From the NCBI GenBank assembly GCA_947623805.1, contig CANQHZ010000004.1, positions 4,118 to 68,117 of the forward strand: a DNA stretch of 64,000 bases, written 5' to 3'. Shown here piece by piece: positions 1-9,332 of this stretch. How positions within the stretch are numbered: the first letter of the stretch is position 1; every line of letters starts with the position of its first letter. The notes beneath the pieces are model-generated. The model was not told the origin of the DNA and made no database searches. It saw only the letters and a program-made list of their open reading frames with translations. Source of the DNA: an uncultured Lachnospiraceae bacterium. Lineage in GTDB: Bacteria; Bacillota; Clostridia; Lachnospirales; Lachnospiraceae. The position numbers and the translations under genes were made by a program.

Positions 1-579
1 AGAGTCCGGCCAAACAGGACAATCTACAAAACCTGTTTCAATCACCTTTAAGCCATGCTCTCGCAATTTTTTTTTGATAAAATGACGGTTCATATATTGG
101 ATATCTCCATGCGTCCACTCTATTCCGGTTTTTTTATGGACTAATCTATGTATTGGAAAACCGACATTTCCTGAATTTACGGAAAAAATGGCTACATACT
201 TTTTGCTGATACGTTTCATTTCCTCAATAAAATCATCTGGTTGTTCGCAAGTTGGCATAAACGCAAAATTCCACACAAAGTCAAAAGCATTTTCCAACAA
301 TCCTGTATTATATATATTTATACCATCAATCCATTTGACTTTTTCTCCCGCCCCGATTTTTTCCCATTCTTTCATATATTTTCTGTTTCCGTTTATCAAA
401 GTAATTGTTTGGACAGCTTTAGCAAATCCCATGGAATATATTGATGGCATAGCCTTAGAGCCATGTGCAGGCAATTCAAGCACCGATTTAATTTTGTATT
501 TCTCTGCCAGCTTATTCAACTTTTTCCCGACAGAAAACCTCTCATAATTAACCCCAAAAACTTCTACTTCTTTCCCCAT
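1..579 (-). CDS. Class I SAM-dependent methyltransferase-like protein, 3' end runs off the window
   Basis: Not in the ORF track. Manually translated open frame from ATG at 579 (SD AAGGAG) to the window edge: MGKEVEVFGVNYERFSVG...FDFVWNFAFMPT...GFVDCPVWPDS. The fold assignment is tentative. Confidence 0.6.
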   Translation of the reverse strand, partial: MGKEVEVFGVNYERFSVGKKLNKLAEKYKIKSVLELPAHGSKAMPSIYSMGFAKAVQTITLINGNRKYMKEWEKIGAGEKVKWIDGINIYNTGLLENAFDFVWNFAFMPTCEQPDDFIEEMKRISKKYVAIFSVNSGNVGFPIHRLVHKKTGIEWTHGDIQYMNRHFIKKKLREHGLKVIETGFVDCPVWPDS

Positions 580-593
580 ATTATTTGTACTCC

Positions 594-1571
594 TTATAAA
601 TATCCGTTTTTCCTTGCCCATTTTATTGATAATTTAATGCCTTCTTCAAGACTTATTTTAGGACTGTATCCCAGTATGCTTTCAGCTTTTTCTATATTAC
701 ATGAATGATCCTTAGCAAAAAAATCAATTCTTCCTTTATTCACGAATCCTGCTTTTTTGAATATTTTTTTACTAATACTGTCAACAATATTTGCAATAAA
801 TACAGATAACCCATAACCTATATTGATTTGAATCAGTCTGCTTCCTACCGTTTTGGCAATGCATTCCAGATATTCTTTAGCTGTGCATTCTTCACCGCCT
901 AAATTAAAAATTTCATTATATGCCTTTTCATTTAATATTGACAAGACAAAGCCGTCTACAATGTCGGAAACATATGTAGGCTGAATATAAGCGTTTCCAT
1001 TTGTAGTCAATACAAAATGCTTCTTTTTTATGCTGCGGTATAGTGCTGTACGCCGCACATCTTCTTTCCCATATACATACGCCGGGCGTAGTATAGTATA
1101 TGGAATTTTTCCTTCACAGATATTGATTACGCCCAATTCTGCAAGCATTTTTGTTTCTGAATATTCATTTGTCGGCATATATGGCTCATTTTCTTTGGTG
1201 CTGCGCCCGCCAAGACCAACTACAAATGGCGCACTGCAGAGAATAAACTGCTTTACATTATATTTTACCGAAAGCTTAGCCAGTTTAGCTGTTGCAAGGT
1301 AATTTACATTGTAGTAATAGCTATAAGGAATGCCGTAGTGTCCTAGCTGAGCCGCCATATGTATTACTACGTCTATTCCTTTCATTTTTTCGCCGAGCTT
1401 TTCTATTTCCTGCAAGTCTAATACAATATTTTCGACATTCTTTGTAAACATCCCCTCAGGGATTTTATTTCTGGAAACGCAGATTACATTAAGATTGTCA
1501 TCCAGCAAACGCTCTACAAGATTTTTCCCAATAAACCCAGTAGCTCCTGTAACTAAAATATTCAAAATCAC
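594..1571 (-). CDS. NAD-dependent epimerase/dehydratase (extended SDR)
   Basis: TGATGFIG Rossmann motif, HMAA, YxxxK (YSETK), RPAYVYG. Confidence 0.9.
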   Translation of the reverse strand: MILNILVTGATGFIGKNLVERLLDDNLNVICVSRNKIPEGMFTKNVENIVLDLQEIEKLGEKMKGIDVVIHMAAQLGHYGIPYSYYYNVNYLATAKLAKLSVKYNVKQFILCSAPFVVGLGGRSTKENEPYMPTNEYSETKMLAELGVINICEGKIPYTILRPAYVYGKEDVRRTALYRSIKKKHFVLTTNGNAYIQPTYVSDIVDGFVLSILNEKAYNEIFNLGGEECTAKEYLECIAKTVGSRLIQINIGYGLSVFIANIVDSISKKIFKKAGFVNKGRIDFFAKDHSCNIEKAESILGYSPKISLEEGIKLSIKWARKNGYL

Positions 1572-1677
1572 ACCCCCCGAAAATTTTAGATATTTAAATG
1601 CCTTTTGGCATTACTGTTAATTTTTCCTATAACGCAAAATAAAAAATCCCAATTCAAAGCTTCCATTGTGCCATTCA

Positions 1678-1705
1678 CAATTTCATACTTTAAATCAGGA
1701 TTTTT
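1678..1705. repeat. Left inverted repeat of TA cassette (pairs with 2419-2446)
   Basis: caatttcatactttaaatcaggattttt matches the reverse complement of 2419-2446 at 27/28. Confidence 0.85.
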
Positions 1706-1732
1706 ATGCGTATTCTGCCTAAACAACCGTTT

Positions 1733-2095
1733 CTATTTTCCCAACAGCTTATTCAATTTTCTATCGAAAGTCTTGATTTCATATCCCTTTACCTTATGAT
1801 ACGCATATAATATACAGTCGGGAAAATCCAGATTCTGTTCTGCATATGTTCTGATGCCAAGTCTCAGCACGCTGGGTTCCGGAGTAGTGACCTCAGCCAA
1901 TAATTCAATCAGGCACTGGCTGATTTCCGTCCTGTCAATATGATATACACCCCTTAATACATATACCACTTCCGCAAAAATTTCTATATTTACCTGAACA
2001 TCATTATTTTTAATGGCTGTTTCTGCTTCTGATGCCATCTGTTCATCATCATTCAGCAGATACCGTAAAACGATGTTTGCATCAAGCATTACCAT
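1733..2095 (-). CDS. PIN-domain toxin (VapC-like)
   Basis: LDANIVLRYL N-terminal PIN motif; acidic residues in E...E, DFPDC and TFDRKL. Confidence 0.85.
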   Translation of the reverse strand: MVMLDANIVLRYLLNDDEQMASEAETAIKNNDVQVNIEIFAEVVYVLRGVYHIDRTEISQCLIELLAEVTTPEPSVLRLGIRTYAEQNLDFPDCILYAYHKVKGYEIKTFDRKLNKLLGK

Positions 2096-2321
2096 ATTTT
2101 TCCGCCACCGCCTTCTCCCACGCTGATGCTTCCTGCTCTCTCAGGCTTGTATCCGCATATTTTGCCAGCATTCCTCTTACAGTCTGTGGCTTTTTTTCAT
2201 TGGGGGGCTCATCGACAAACTCATCCAATATGGTGATTATCAGCTTTTGGTTTTTTTGTGCCTGAATCCTCCCTATCGTTTTTACGCTTTCTCCATCATA
2301 ATAACCTTCCAACGCCAGCAT
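2082..2321 (-). CDS. Putative antitoxin of the PIN toxin (AF2212/DUF104-like)
   Basis: Small ORF MLALEGYYDG... overlapping the toxin start by 14 bp; start moved from 2333 to 2321. Confidence 0.7.
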   Translation of the reverse strand: MLALEGYYDGESVKTIGRIQAQKNQKLIITILDEFVDEPPNEKKPQTVRGMLAKYADTSLREQEASAWEKAVAEKYGNA

Positions 2322-2361
2322 ATATTCACCCACCTATACGTTTTTCAATCTGTACCGCTAT

Positions 2362-2390
2362 ATTATATCACTATAAATATTATATGGCAA
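2362..2390 (-). promoter_or_regulatory. Sigma-A promoter of the TA pair
   Basis: TTGCCA-N17-TATAAT with TG extension on the minus strand, inside the inverted repeats. Confidence 0.7.
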
Positions 2391-2418
2391 ACAAAACCTT
2401 TATTTATGCAGTATGGTT

Positions 2419-2446
2419 AAAAATGCTGATTTAAAGTATGAAATTG
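2419..2446. repeat. Right inverted repeat of TA cassette
   Basis: aaaaatgctgatttaaagtatgaaattg, reverse complement of 1678-1705 with 1 mismatch. Confidence 0.85.
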
Positions 2447-2479
2447 TCAAGGTTCAATTGTAAAACATACAGACAATCA

Positions 2480-3631
2480 TTATTTCTTCAAGCTAAACTG
2501 CACAGCCTTCACCCCTGCCTTAACCAGCGTCGGAAAATGAAGCAGTTCGTTGCTGTATGCCATGTTCGCAAGCGGGCAGGCGCAGTTTTCATTCCTTATG
2601 TACCTGCGTACTTCCTCTGCTCTTTCTGAATGCCACAGCTTTTGAAAATCATAACCATAGTCCCTCAGGTTGCCCATTTCCTGTTCATATCCAAGCACGC
2701 AGCAGGGCCATACGCCGCCGTCATAATTTATGTGCACATTTGATACCCCCGCATAGCAGGGTATCACCTGGCGTTTTTCCTCAAGTATTCTTCCCGCCAA
2801 ATCATAATAAACTACTCGCATTGCCTCTGTAGTTTTTGCAAGCGACTTCTTTTTGCCGATGTTCTCCTCGATTTTTCTTGCAAAATCCTTCATAAGCCGC
2901 TGATAAACCTCTGCGGGCGGCGTAATAGGATCGCTCTTGTTAAAAAACTCTGCGCGGCATTCTGCCACCTCATTACGGTAGCTCTCAACTCCGAGTGAAT
3001 GTACAAAGTCTTCAATCTCATCAAGCTCATTGATATTGAAATTTGAAACAACAGTGCCAAGCTCAAGGTGAAAGTTATCGTATTTTTCTTCCAGCTTTTT
3101 CAGCCCTTCAACAGTCTTTATCAGACACTCAAAATTGCCCCTGACACCCCTAATTTCATCATGCTTTTCGCCAACGCCGTCTATGGAAGGCTTTACGGTA
3201 AAAGGCACCGTCGGGTCATAGGCTTGAATAATCTTTAAAATCTTTTCTGTGTCCTCAATGATACGTTCAGTCAAAATTGCATTTGTCGGCGTATGTATTA
3301 CCCTTGGCTTAAGATAGTTGCATGCCAACTCTACAATCTGCGGAAGGTCTTTTCTTAAAAAAGGCTCTCCGCCGCTGATATTAAAAAAATAAACCGGATT
3401 AACAGACTGGAATATTTTTTCTATTTCTTCCAATGTCATATCTTTTTGGCTTCTTGATGGATCCTGACAAAACATTGCGCCTATCTGGCAGGTTTTGCAT
3501 TTTGACTGACAGGCTGCCGTAACGGAATACGTCACAGTCATTGGATCAAACTTTTTCCTTCCAAACCATCGGTACATTTTGTAGTCAAACAGATACGGGG
3601 ACAGCTTGGTAAATAAATCGCTTTTTTTCAT
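2480..3631 (-). CDS. Radical SAM protein with SPASM/twitch domain
   Basis: CxxxCxxC (CQSKCKTC), SGGEP, C-terminal CYAG...GGVWPCC...CACP. Confidence 0.9.
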   Translation of the reverse strand: MKKSDLFTKLSPYLFDYKMYRWFGRKKFDPMTVTYSVTAACQSKCKTCQIGAMFCQDPSRSQKDMTLEEIEKIFQSVNPVYFFNISGGEPFLRKDLPQIVELACNYLKPRVIHTPTNAILTERIIEDTEKILKIIQAYDPTVPFTVKPSIDGVGEKHDEIRGVRGNFECLIKTVEGLKKLEEKYDNFHLELGTVVSNFNINELDEIEDFVHSLGVESYRNEVAECRAEFFNKSDPITPPAEVYQRLMKDFARKIEENIGKKKSLAKTTEAMRVVYYDLAGRILEEKRQVIPCYAGVSNVHINYDGGVWPCCVLGYEQEMGNLRDYGYDFQKLWHSERAEEVRRYIRNENCACPLANMAYSNELLHFPTLVKAGVKAVQFSLKK

Positions 3632-3672
3632 ATAATTTCACTTATGGCTATGCCATGTTCCCTTCTGCGTTT

Positions 3673-4710
3673 TTATCTTGTCAGGAATACTTTCCCGTCC
3701 TTTACCCGTCCGCGCCAGTAGTCCAGCAGGTCGTGCATTGTCGTTTCAAAGCTTATCTCAGGCTCCCAACCTGTGTGTTCCTTGAATTTCCTGCAGTCCG
3801 GCACCTGAAGGTCTGCATCGATGGGGCGGAGTCTCTCCGGATCAGTTACAATCTCTATCTCATCCTTTTTTGTGGAATAGGAGATTAAAGTCCTAAGGGT
3901 ATCGCCTACCTCACATGTATAAGAACCGCCTATATTGTAGTATTCTCCTGCAACAGGATTGACTGTTACCAGCATATAATACGCCCGGACGGCATCTCTT
4001 ACATCCGCGTATGTACGCAGGGATTTCAGGTTCCCTACCATTATCTTCGGCTCTATCAGCCCTGCCTCAATCATTGCAATCTGCTTGGCAAATGTTGATT
4101 CATGAAATACATCCCCCCTGCGCGGTCCAGTATGTGTGAACATTCTGGTGGTAATGACTGTCATCCCGTATGCCTCCGCATAATATCTTCCTAATAAATC
4201 CGTCCCTACCTTTGAGATTGCATATGGGGATGCCGGATGAAACGGACATTCCTCATGAATCCCGTCTTTTGGCTTTTTTTCCGCAGGTATCTTGCCAAAA
4301 ACTTCAGAGGAAGCGCATACATGCACTGTGGTCTGGTAGGAAGCATCTGCTTTCATTTCAAGCCGGATAGCCTCCAAAAGCCGACATGTTCCCAAAATAT
4401 TTGTATTTAAAGTATCTATAGGCGCAGTAAAACTAGTGAGCGGATAACTCTGGGCTGCCAGATGAAAGACATAATCAGGCTTCGCCTTGTGGATAACGTT
4501 AATCAAAGACATTTCATCATTCAGATCCGCATACTCAAAAAAGACCCTGTCCTTTTTATTTACACGTTCCAGTAAATGCTCAACGTTATCCAGCGGACTT
4601 CTCCACCTGCATACGCCATATACCTCCCAGTCAGTGTTCTCCAAAAGGAAGTCAGCCATGTGCGAGCCTACCATTCCTGTGATTCCTGTTATTAATGCTC
4701 TTTTGCTCAT
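3673..4710 (-). CDS. GDP-sugar 4,6-dehydratase (Gmd family; DmhA-like)
   Basis: TGITGMVG, HLAAQS, SSEVFG, SPYAISK, HTGPRR, RLRPID. Confidence 0.88.
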   Translation of the reverse strand: MSKRALITGITGMVGSHMADFLLENTDWEVYGVCRWRSPLDNVEHLLERVNKKDRVFFEYADLNDEMSLINVIHKAKPDYVFHLAAQSYPLTSFTAPIDTLNTNILGTCRLLEAIRLEMKADASYQTTVHVCASSEVFGKIPAEKKPKDGIHEECPFHPASPYAISKVGTDLLGRYYAEAYGMTVITTRMFTHTGPRRGDVFHESTFAKQIAMIEAGLIEPKIMVGNLKSLRTYADVRDAVRAYYMLVTVNPVAGEYYNIGGSYTCEVGDTLRTLISYSTKKDEIEIVTDPERLRPIDADLQVPDCRKFKEHTGWEPEISFETTMHDLLDYWRGRVKDGKVFLTR

Positions 4711-5570
4711 AATTGAATATTCTCCAGTTCCTTCATAATTTTTTCCGTAAAACTGCCGCTGTCTATTATTTTATATTTGTCAAGATAAAGACTTTTCATC
4801 TGCGTAATTGCTGGTCTGTTCTGATAAAATTCGCCGTTCGGCTTGGAAATGGAATATAACAGCCGTCCCCCCGTCATTCGGTTCAGCTCGTCCGCAATTC
4901 TAACCCTGCTCACCAGTTCCGTTCCAGCCACATTTAATACAAAATCTTCATATTCCTTCCAATGGTGCAGAAACCAAAGGACTACCGCTGTCACATCACT
5001 TACAGTGACACAATTGCGGTAAAAAGGGTGAAATATATCCGCAACTTTTCCATTCTTAATGCAATCAAGACAATAAGAAACAAACTTATCCTTTGCGGAC
5101 ACTACATAAGAAAGGCGGATCGCCTTAAAATGTGTATCAGTCTTAAACTCATCCTCAACGCTTTTTTTCATGCGCCCATAGGGCGTTTCTGCATGTGTAT
5201 CCGATTTCTCTGTGTAGACTTGTCCTGGGATATCCCCATATACAGCATCGCTTGAGAAAAACAGGACATTGCAGCCTCTTTTGATTGCTTCCCCGATGAA
5301 GTACTTTGTACCGATGACGTTAATAGTCTGGCAGAGTTCAAATTCATTGGCGCATCTGTCGGGGCTTGAGATTGCCGCCGTAAAAATTATGTAATCAGTC
5401 TTATCCAAGGTGGCATAGTCAAACTGTTCCGAATGCTCTAAGTTTAAAAAAACATCTGCCTCCGAATATTGGTCAATTTTAAGAATCTGCTCTACATCCT
5501 TGTCTTTTGCAAGCGCCCTAATAAGAAATCCTGAAATATAGCCCCCGCTTCCCACAACAGCAACTTTCAT
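4707..5570 (-). CDS. NDP-4-keto-6-deoxy-sugar reductase (SDR; DmhB-like)
   Basis: VGSGGYI, AAISSPD, SSDAVYG, YGRMK; 4-bp overlap with the dehydratase. Confidence 0.75.
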   Translation of the reverse strand: MKVAVVGSGGYISGFLIRALAKDKDVEQILKIDQYSEADVFLNLEHSEQFDYATLDKTDYIIFTAAISSPDRCANEFELCQTINVIGTKYFIGEAIKRGCNVLFFSSDAVYGDIPGQVYTEKSDTHAETPYGRMKKSVEDEFKTDTHFKAIRLSYVVSAKDKFVSYCLDCIKNGKVADIFHPFYRNCVTVSDVTAVVLWFLHHWKEYEDFVLNVAGTELVSRVRIADELNRMTGGRLLYSISKPNGEFYQNRPAITQMKSLYLDKYKIIDSGSFTEKIMKELENIQL

Positions 5571-5573
5571 ATC

Positions 5574-6713
5574 TTACCACCCTAATAATTCTTCTATTTT
5601 TTCCCTCATGCGTTCCCAGTCAAACTGATACGCCTCTTTGCGTACATGTTCACACATTTCCGCCTCGCGGTTTTGGGAATAAAAGTCAATCACCGCGTCA
5701 GCAATCTGCTCCGGTCTTCCCGCTTCTACGATGTAACCGGTCTTTCTGTCCTGCACAACATCAGGCAGCCCTCCAACATTTGTTACAATGACCGGCTTTT
5801 CAAATCCATATGCAATCTGCACTATACCGCTTTGTGTCGCAGAAATATAGGGCAGCACTACAATATCTGAAGCTGCAAAATACTTTTCAACTTCATTATC
5901 CGAAACATATTTGTCTATCAGTTCTACGCAGTCATCAATCCGGAGTTCCCTGATAAGGTGTAGATATTCTTCCTTGTCATCCGCGAAAGCCCCTACTACC
6001 ATTAAATTGATATCCTGCAAATATTCGCGTATCTTCGGCAGCGCCATAAGCAGGTATTTTAGTCCTTTATATTCACGCACAAAACCAAAGAAAAGCATCT
6101 GTTTTGCATCCTGTTTTTTTTGCAGTTCCACGCGCGCCTGTTCCTTTGTAATGTTCCTTTGCCTGAAAACATTAAAAATAGGAATGGGATTTCGGGCATA
6201 TACGGCATCAGGCATTACCTGCATAAGTTCTTCCCCATCGCTTTGCGAATGGACAATAAAATAATTTCCCATCTTAAGTACACGCTTTGTCAGAAAACGG
6301 TCTAACGGAAATCTCTCATGCGGAAAAACATTATGGCAAATGAACAGTTTTGGCATCTGCCTGCCCAATACTTTCCCTAAAATTTCATAGCACGGCGCAA
6401 AATATGGATGCCACCATTGCAGAATTACGAGATCTGGCTTATGCTTTTTTATCCTGAGCGCCACGTTAATAATGTTAAATGGATTAGCCGTATTGAGTAA
6501 AAATTGGGCTTCATCTACTTTAAACAGGTCGCTTTTAAAATCCTTCTGCTCCTTTTTAAACAGAAGCTTGGGGTACTGCATCTTATAAGATATTAGTTCT
6601 ACATCATGTCTTTTACTGAGTGTCCTGTATAATAAGCTGGTATTATGCGCAATCCCGCCTTTGTATGGATATACCGGTCCGATCAGCGCAATTTTTTTCT
6701 TTTCTGTCTCCAC
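5574..6713 (-). CDS. Glycosyltransferase family 4
   Basis: FFGFVREYKGL and PYISATQSG...GKPVI-like EX7E region. Likely start GTG 6713 with SD GGGAG; the ORF-track start at 6770 lies inside an inverted repeat. Confidence 0.9.
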   Translation of the reverse strand: METEKKKIALIGPVYPYKGGIAHNTSLLYRTLSKRHDVELISYKMQYPKLLFKKEQKDFKSDLFKVDEAQFLLNTANPFNIINVALRIKKHKPDLVILQWWHPYFAPCYEILGKVLGRQMPKLFICHNVFPHERFPLDRFLTKRVLKMGNYFIVHSQSDGEELMQVMPDAVYARNPIPIFNVFRQRNITKEQARVELQKKQDAKQMLFFGFVREYKGLKYLLMALPKIREYLQDINLMVVGAFADDKEEYLHLIRELRIDDCVELIDKYVSDNEVEKYFAASDIVVLPYISATQSGIVQIAYGFEKPVIVTNVGGLPDVVQDRKTGYIVEAGRPEQIADAVIDFYSQNREAEMCEHVRKEAYQFDWERMREKIEELLGW

Positions 6714-6749
6714 GCCAAAAACTCCCAATGAAAAGTATTCTATGTCATC

Positions 6750-6775
6750 TGACAATTGCATACTTTGCATTGGGA
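6750..6775. repeat. Left inverted repeat of AAA-nuclease cassette (pairs with 8648-8673)
   Basis: tgacaattgcatactttgcattggga matches the reverse complement of 8648-8673 at 24/26; it is also one arm of an imperfect hairpin at 6721-6777. Confidence 0.8.
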
Positions 6776-6848
6776 GTTTTCCCTTTATATTTTATTTTGT
6801 TCAATTTTTATTATTTTGTATTTTTAAATATTGTTTTCGCTATCCCCT

Positions 6849-8558
6849 TTACCCTATACGACATTCCTTCCCGCGGAATGCAAACCCATACTTGTGTATC
6901 CTTTTAGGCGTTATCCCCTTAGCCTCAAGCGAGGCGACGTAGCATTTCTCCTCTATCTGGCTTAGTGCATTTTTCACCGTGTCGTCAAGTGTCTTTTCAT
7001 CATCAGGATCATAGACTTTAAATTCTATGATTATCGCATCATCCTTCTCATTCAGCGGTTCAAGCATCACGTCATACCGTCCGAATCCGCTCTCGCGGTT
7101 CGAGGTGATGGAATACCTGTCCGCAAGGTCTACCATAAGCCCCAGCACGAAGCCATGGTAGAAGCGTTCGGGCTCTGAATATTCGGAAGGCTTGTTCCCC
7201 GCGTCAAAGCTGCTGAAGGTGGCAAGGGCAACCTTATTCATATAGCGGTTCATGGCCTTTTTATCGTTTATCAGCAGGGCCTTGATAAAGTCGTTATAGT
7301 CTGTTTCCGAGCTTTCTGAAAACCATCCCTTTACCATATCTGAGAACATAATTTCCACTTCCATATTAGTAAGGCGCATGGTATATAAGTTCTTTTTGTG
7401 TTCCCCAATTTGGACAAGTCTGTCAAGCCTGAGATACCCTGTCGCCAGCAGCAGGCTCCATACAGCGCTTGCATTTCCAGTAAGTTGATTAAATACAACC
7501 TGCTCATCAATTTCAGCATTAAAGCTTTTGCCGCTTAAAAGTTCTTCCATAGTCTGCTTAATTATAGGGCTGCCTTTTTTGACCAAAACATTTACAAGCT
7601 CATTGCCGCTTGTATTTGACCAATACGCGTCATAACGACCGCCGCTGTTGATAAATGATAAGATAGACCAGGGATTGTAGATATCTGTATGAGCGCCAAA
7701 GGTAAAGCCGTCATACCACTTTTTTACATTTGCTTTCTCCATCCCCAGCCCATTTCTGTCAAGCGCCGAAAAAACATCCTCCTCTGACAGTCCAAAACAT
7801 GATGCATATTTATCGGATGTTGTCGTAATTACCGCCAGATTGTTCAGCCCCGAAAAGATGCTCTCCTTTGAAATCCTTGTGATGCCTGTAATTATTCCGC
7901 GGAATATATGGTCGTTTGTCTTAAAGGTGGAATTGAACAGCCCCCTGAAAAACTCCACTGCCTCATCCCAGTAGCCTGACAGCCACGCTTCCTGCATCGG
8001 CGTGTCATATTCGTCAAGCAGAATAATGACATCCCTGCCATAATAACGGTGCAGAAAATCAGAGATGGCATTAACGGCTCCTGCCGCGACTTCATCGCGC
8101 ATGCCGGGGCATATCTGCTCATAATAGCGTTTTTCATTCGGACTCAGCAGGTCGCCTTCCAGCAGGTATCTGTGCTGCTCATATAATCTGGCAATTATTT
8201 CCGTTATCTTATACTCCATCTTCTCATAATTCACTGCTTTAATATTAGCGAAGCTCAGAAATATCACAGGGAACGTCCCCTGAAGATGCCTGTACTTATA
8301 TGTCCCGTCAGCATTTTTCGCTTCCCATACCGCTTTACCCTCAAACAGGCTTCCCTTCCCCGCATATTTATTGGAAAAGAAGCACTCAACCGTGCTGAGG
8401 TTGAGCGTCTTCCCAAACCTACGCGGCCTCGTTATCAGCGTCACCTTATCCTTGTATTCCCACCATTCGCTTATGAACCCCGTCTTGTCTATATAAAATA
8501 TGTTTTCCGTTATGACTTCCTCATAATTCTGGTATCCTAAAGCCGGTATCTGCTGCAT
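6849..8558 (-). CDS. AAA-ATPase-like domain plus PD-(D/E)XK nuclease (PDDEXK_9 type)
   Basis: ITRPRRFGKT, LLDEYDTP, C-terminal SNRESGFGRYDV...IIEFK. Start moved to 8558 (SD GGAGGGAAGGA) because the ATG at 8612 overlaps the -10 box. Confidence 0.9.
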   Translation of the reverse strand: MQQIPALGYQNYEEVITENIFYIDKTGFISEWWEYKDKVTLITRPRRFGKTLNLSTVECFFSNKYAGKGSLFEGKAVWEAKNADGTYKYRHLQGTFPVIFLSFANIKAVNYEKMEYKITEIIARLYEQHRYLLEGDLLSPNEKRYYEQICPGMRDEVAAGAVNAISDFLHRYYGRDVIILLDEYDTPMQEAWLSGYWDEAVEFFRGLFNSTFKTNDHIFRGIITGITRISKESIFSGLNNLAVITTTSDKYASCFGLSEEDVFSALDRNGLGMEKANVKKWYDGFTFGAHTDIYNPWSILSFINSGGRYDAYWSNTSGNELVNVLVKKGSPIIKQTMEELLSGKSFNAEIDEQVVFNQLTGNASAVWSLLLATGYLRLDRLVQIGEHKKNLYTMRLTNMEVEIMFSDMVKGWFSESSETDYNDFIKALLINDKKAMNRYMNKVALATFSSFDAGNKPSEYSEPERFYHGFVLGLMVDLADRYSITSNRESGFGRYDVMLEPLNEKDDAIIIEFKVYDPDDEKTLDDTVKNALSQIEEKCYVASLEAKGITPKRIHKYGFAFRGKECRIG

Positions 8559-8610
8559 ATATCCTTCCCTCCCCGCCATTAATGAAACCGTTTTTTTACC
8601 CCACAATCCC

Positions 8611-8639
8611 ATTATAGCCGCTCATCCCGCTTTTCACAA
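8611..8639 (-). promoter_or_regulatory. Sigma-A promoter of the AAA-nuclease gene
   Basis: TTGTGA-N17-TATAAT on the minus strand, just inside the right inverted repeat. Confidence 0.65.
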
Positions 8640-8647
8640 CATTTTTT

Positions 8648-8673
8648 TCCTAATGCAAAGTATGCAGTTGTCA
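8648..8673. repeat. Right inverted repeat of AAA-nuclease cassette
   Basis: tcctaatgcaaagtatgcagttgtca; shares the core aaagtatg-a-ttgtcaaggt with 2433-2453 (19/21). Confidence 0.8.
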
Positions 8674-8716
8674 AGGTGCCGTACTTTAATTAAACAATCT
8701 ATATAAAGCCTTCCGG

Positions 8717-9190
8717 CTATATAGCAGAGCTGTTCCGCCCATCCTCGTGTTGCTGCATTTCACCCACAACCCTGTAGGTCCTCACAGCCTCTTTCTCAAC
8801 CTTCTGCTGCAGGTACAGCGCATCATATTCCGTCCTGCGCACATGGTACTGCGTATCCTCTAGCAGCCTCCTGTTTGCCGCAAGCGTGTCAGCCATGAGC
8901 CCTATAATAAAAGTCAAAAATCCGATAATCAGCAGCATGCACGCCAGTATCAGCGACTGTATATGCCCCGCCGAAGTCCCCTTAAACACAAACCAGAAAT
9001 ACCTAAGTATGTACCCAACCCCCAGAGCCATGGGCGGCATCATCAGGAAAGTAAAACACTTAAGCGGCTTGTACATCATATACGCCCGCAGTATCGTCAC
9101 CACCGACTTCTTGACATACCCCCATATGCTCTTAAACAGCCTAGACGGCCGCAGCTCAGGGTTTGTCCTCACGGGGACACTTGTAATCCC
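8717..9190 (-). pseudogene. 3' fragment of a GT2 (polyprenol-phosphate glycosyltransferase-like) gene; 5' catalytic region missing
   Basis: ITSVPVRTNPELRPSRLF followed by two TM helices is a typical GT2 C-terminus. Upstream sequence is AT-rich non-coding DNA carrying the divergent integrase promoter. Confidence 0.7.
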
Positions 9191-9332
9191 GAGCTTTTCA
9201 CATATACAAAATAAAAAATTCCCTGCAAATAAAAAGGCCATTTCCACAAAAAACAATAAACAAAATGCTATAATAAATATGTAAAAAATAACATTTGTCA
9301 GCTAAAACAAAGCAAAAAGGAGAGAAAAGCAC

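Noticed and set aside
188-708. Plus-strand ORFs 188-547, 241-444 and 463-708
   Set aside because: They are antisense shadows of the minus-strand methyltransferase-like frame (1-579) and the epimerase, with no recognisable motifs.
1635-9223. caaaataaaaaat(t)ccc shared between 1635-1650 and 9207-9223 as a possible att site at the GT2 break
   Set aside because: A 13-bp A-rich match is plausible by chance in AT-rich intergenic DNA.
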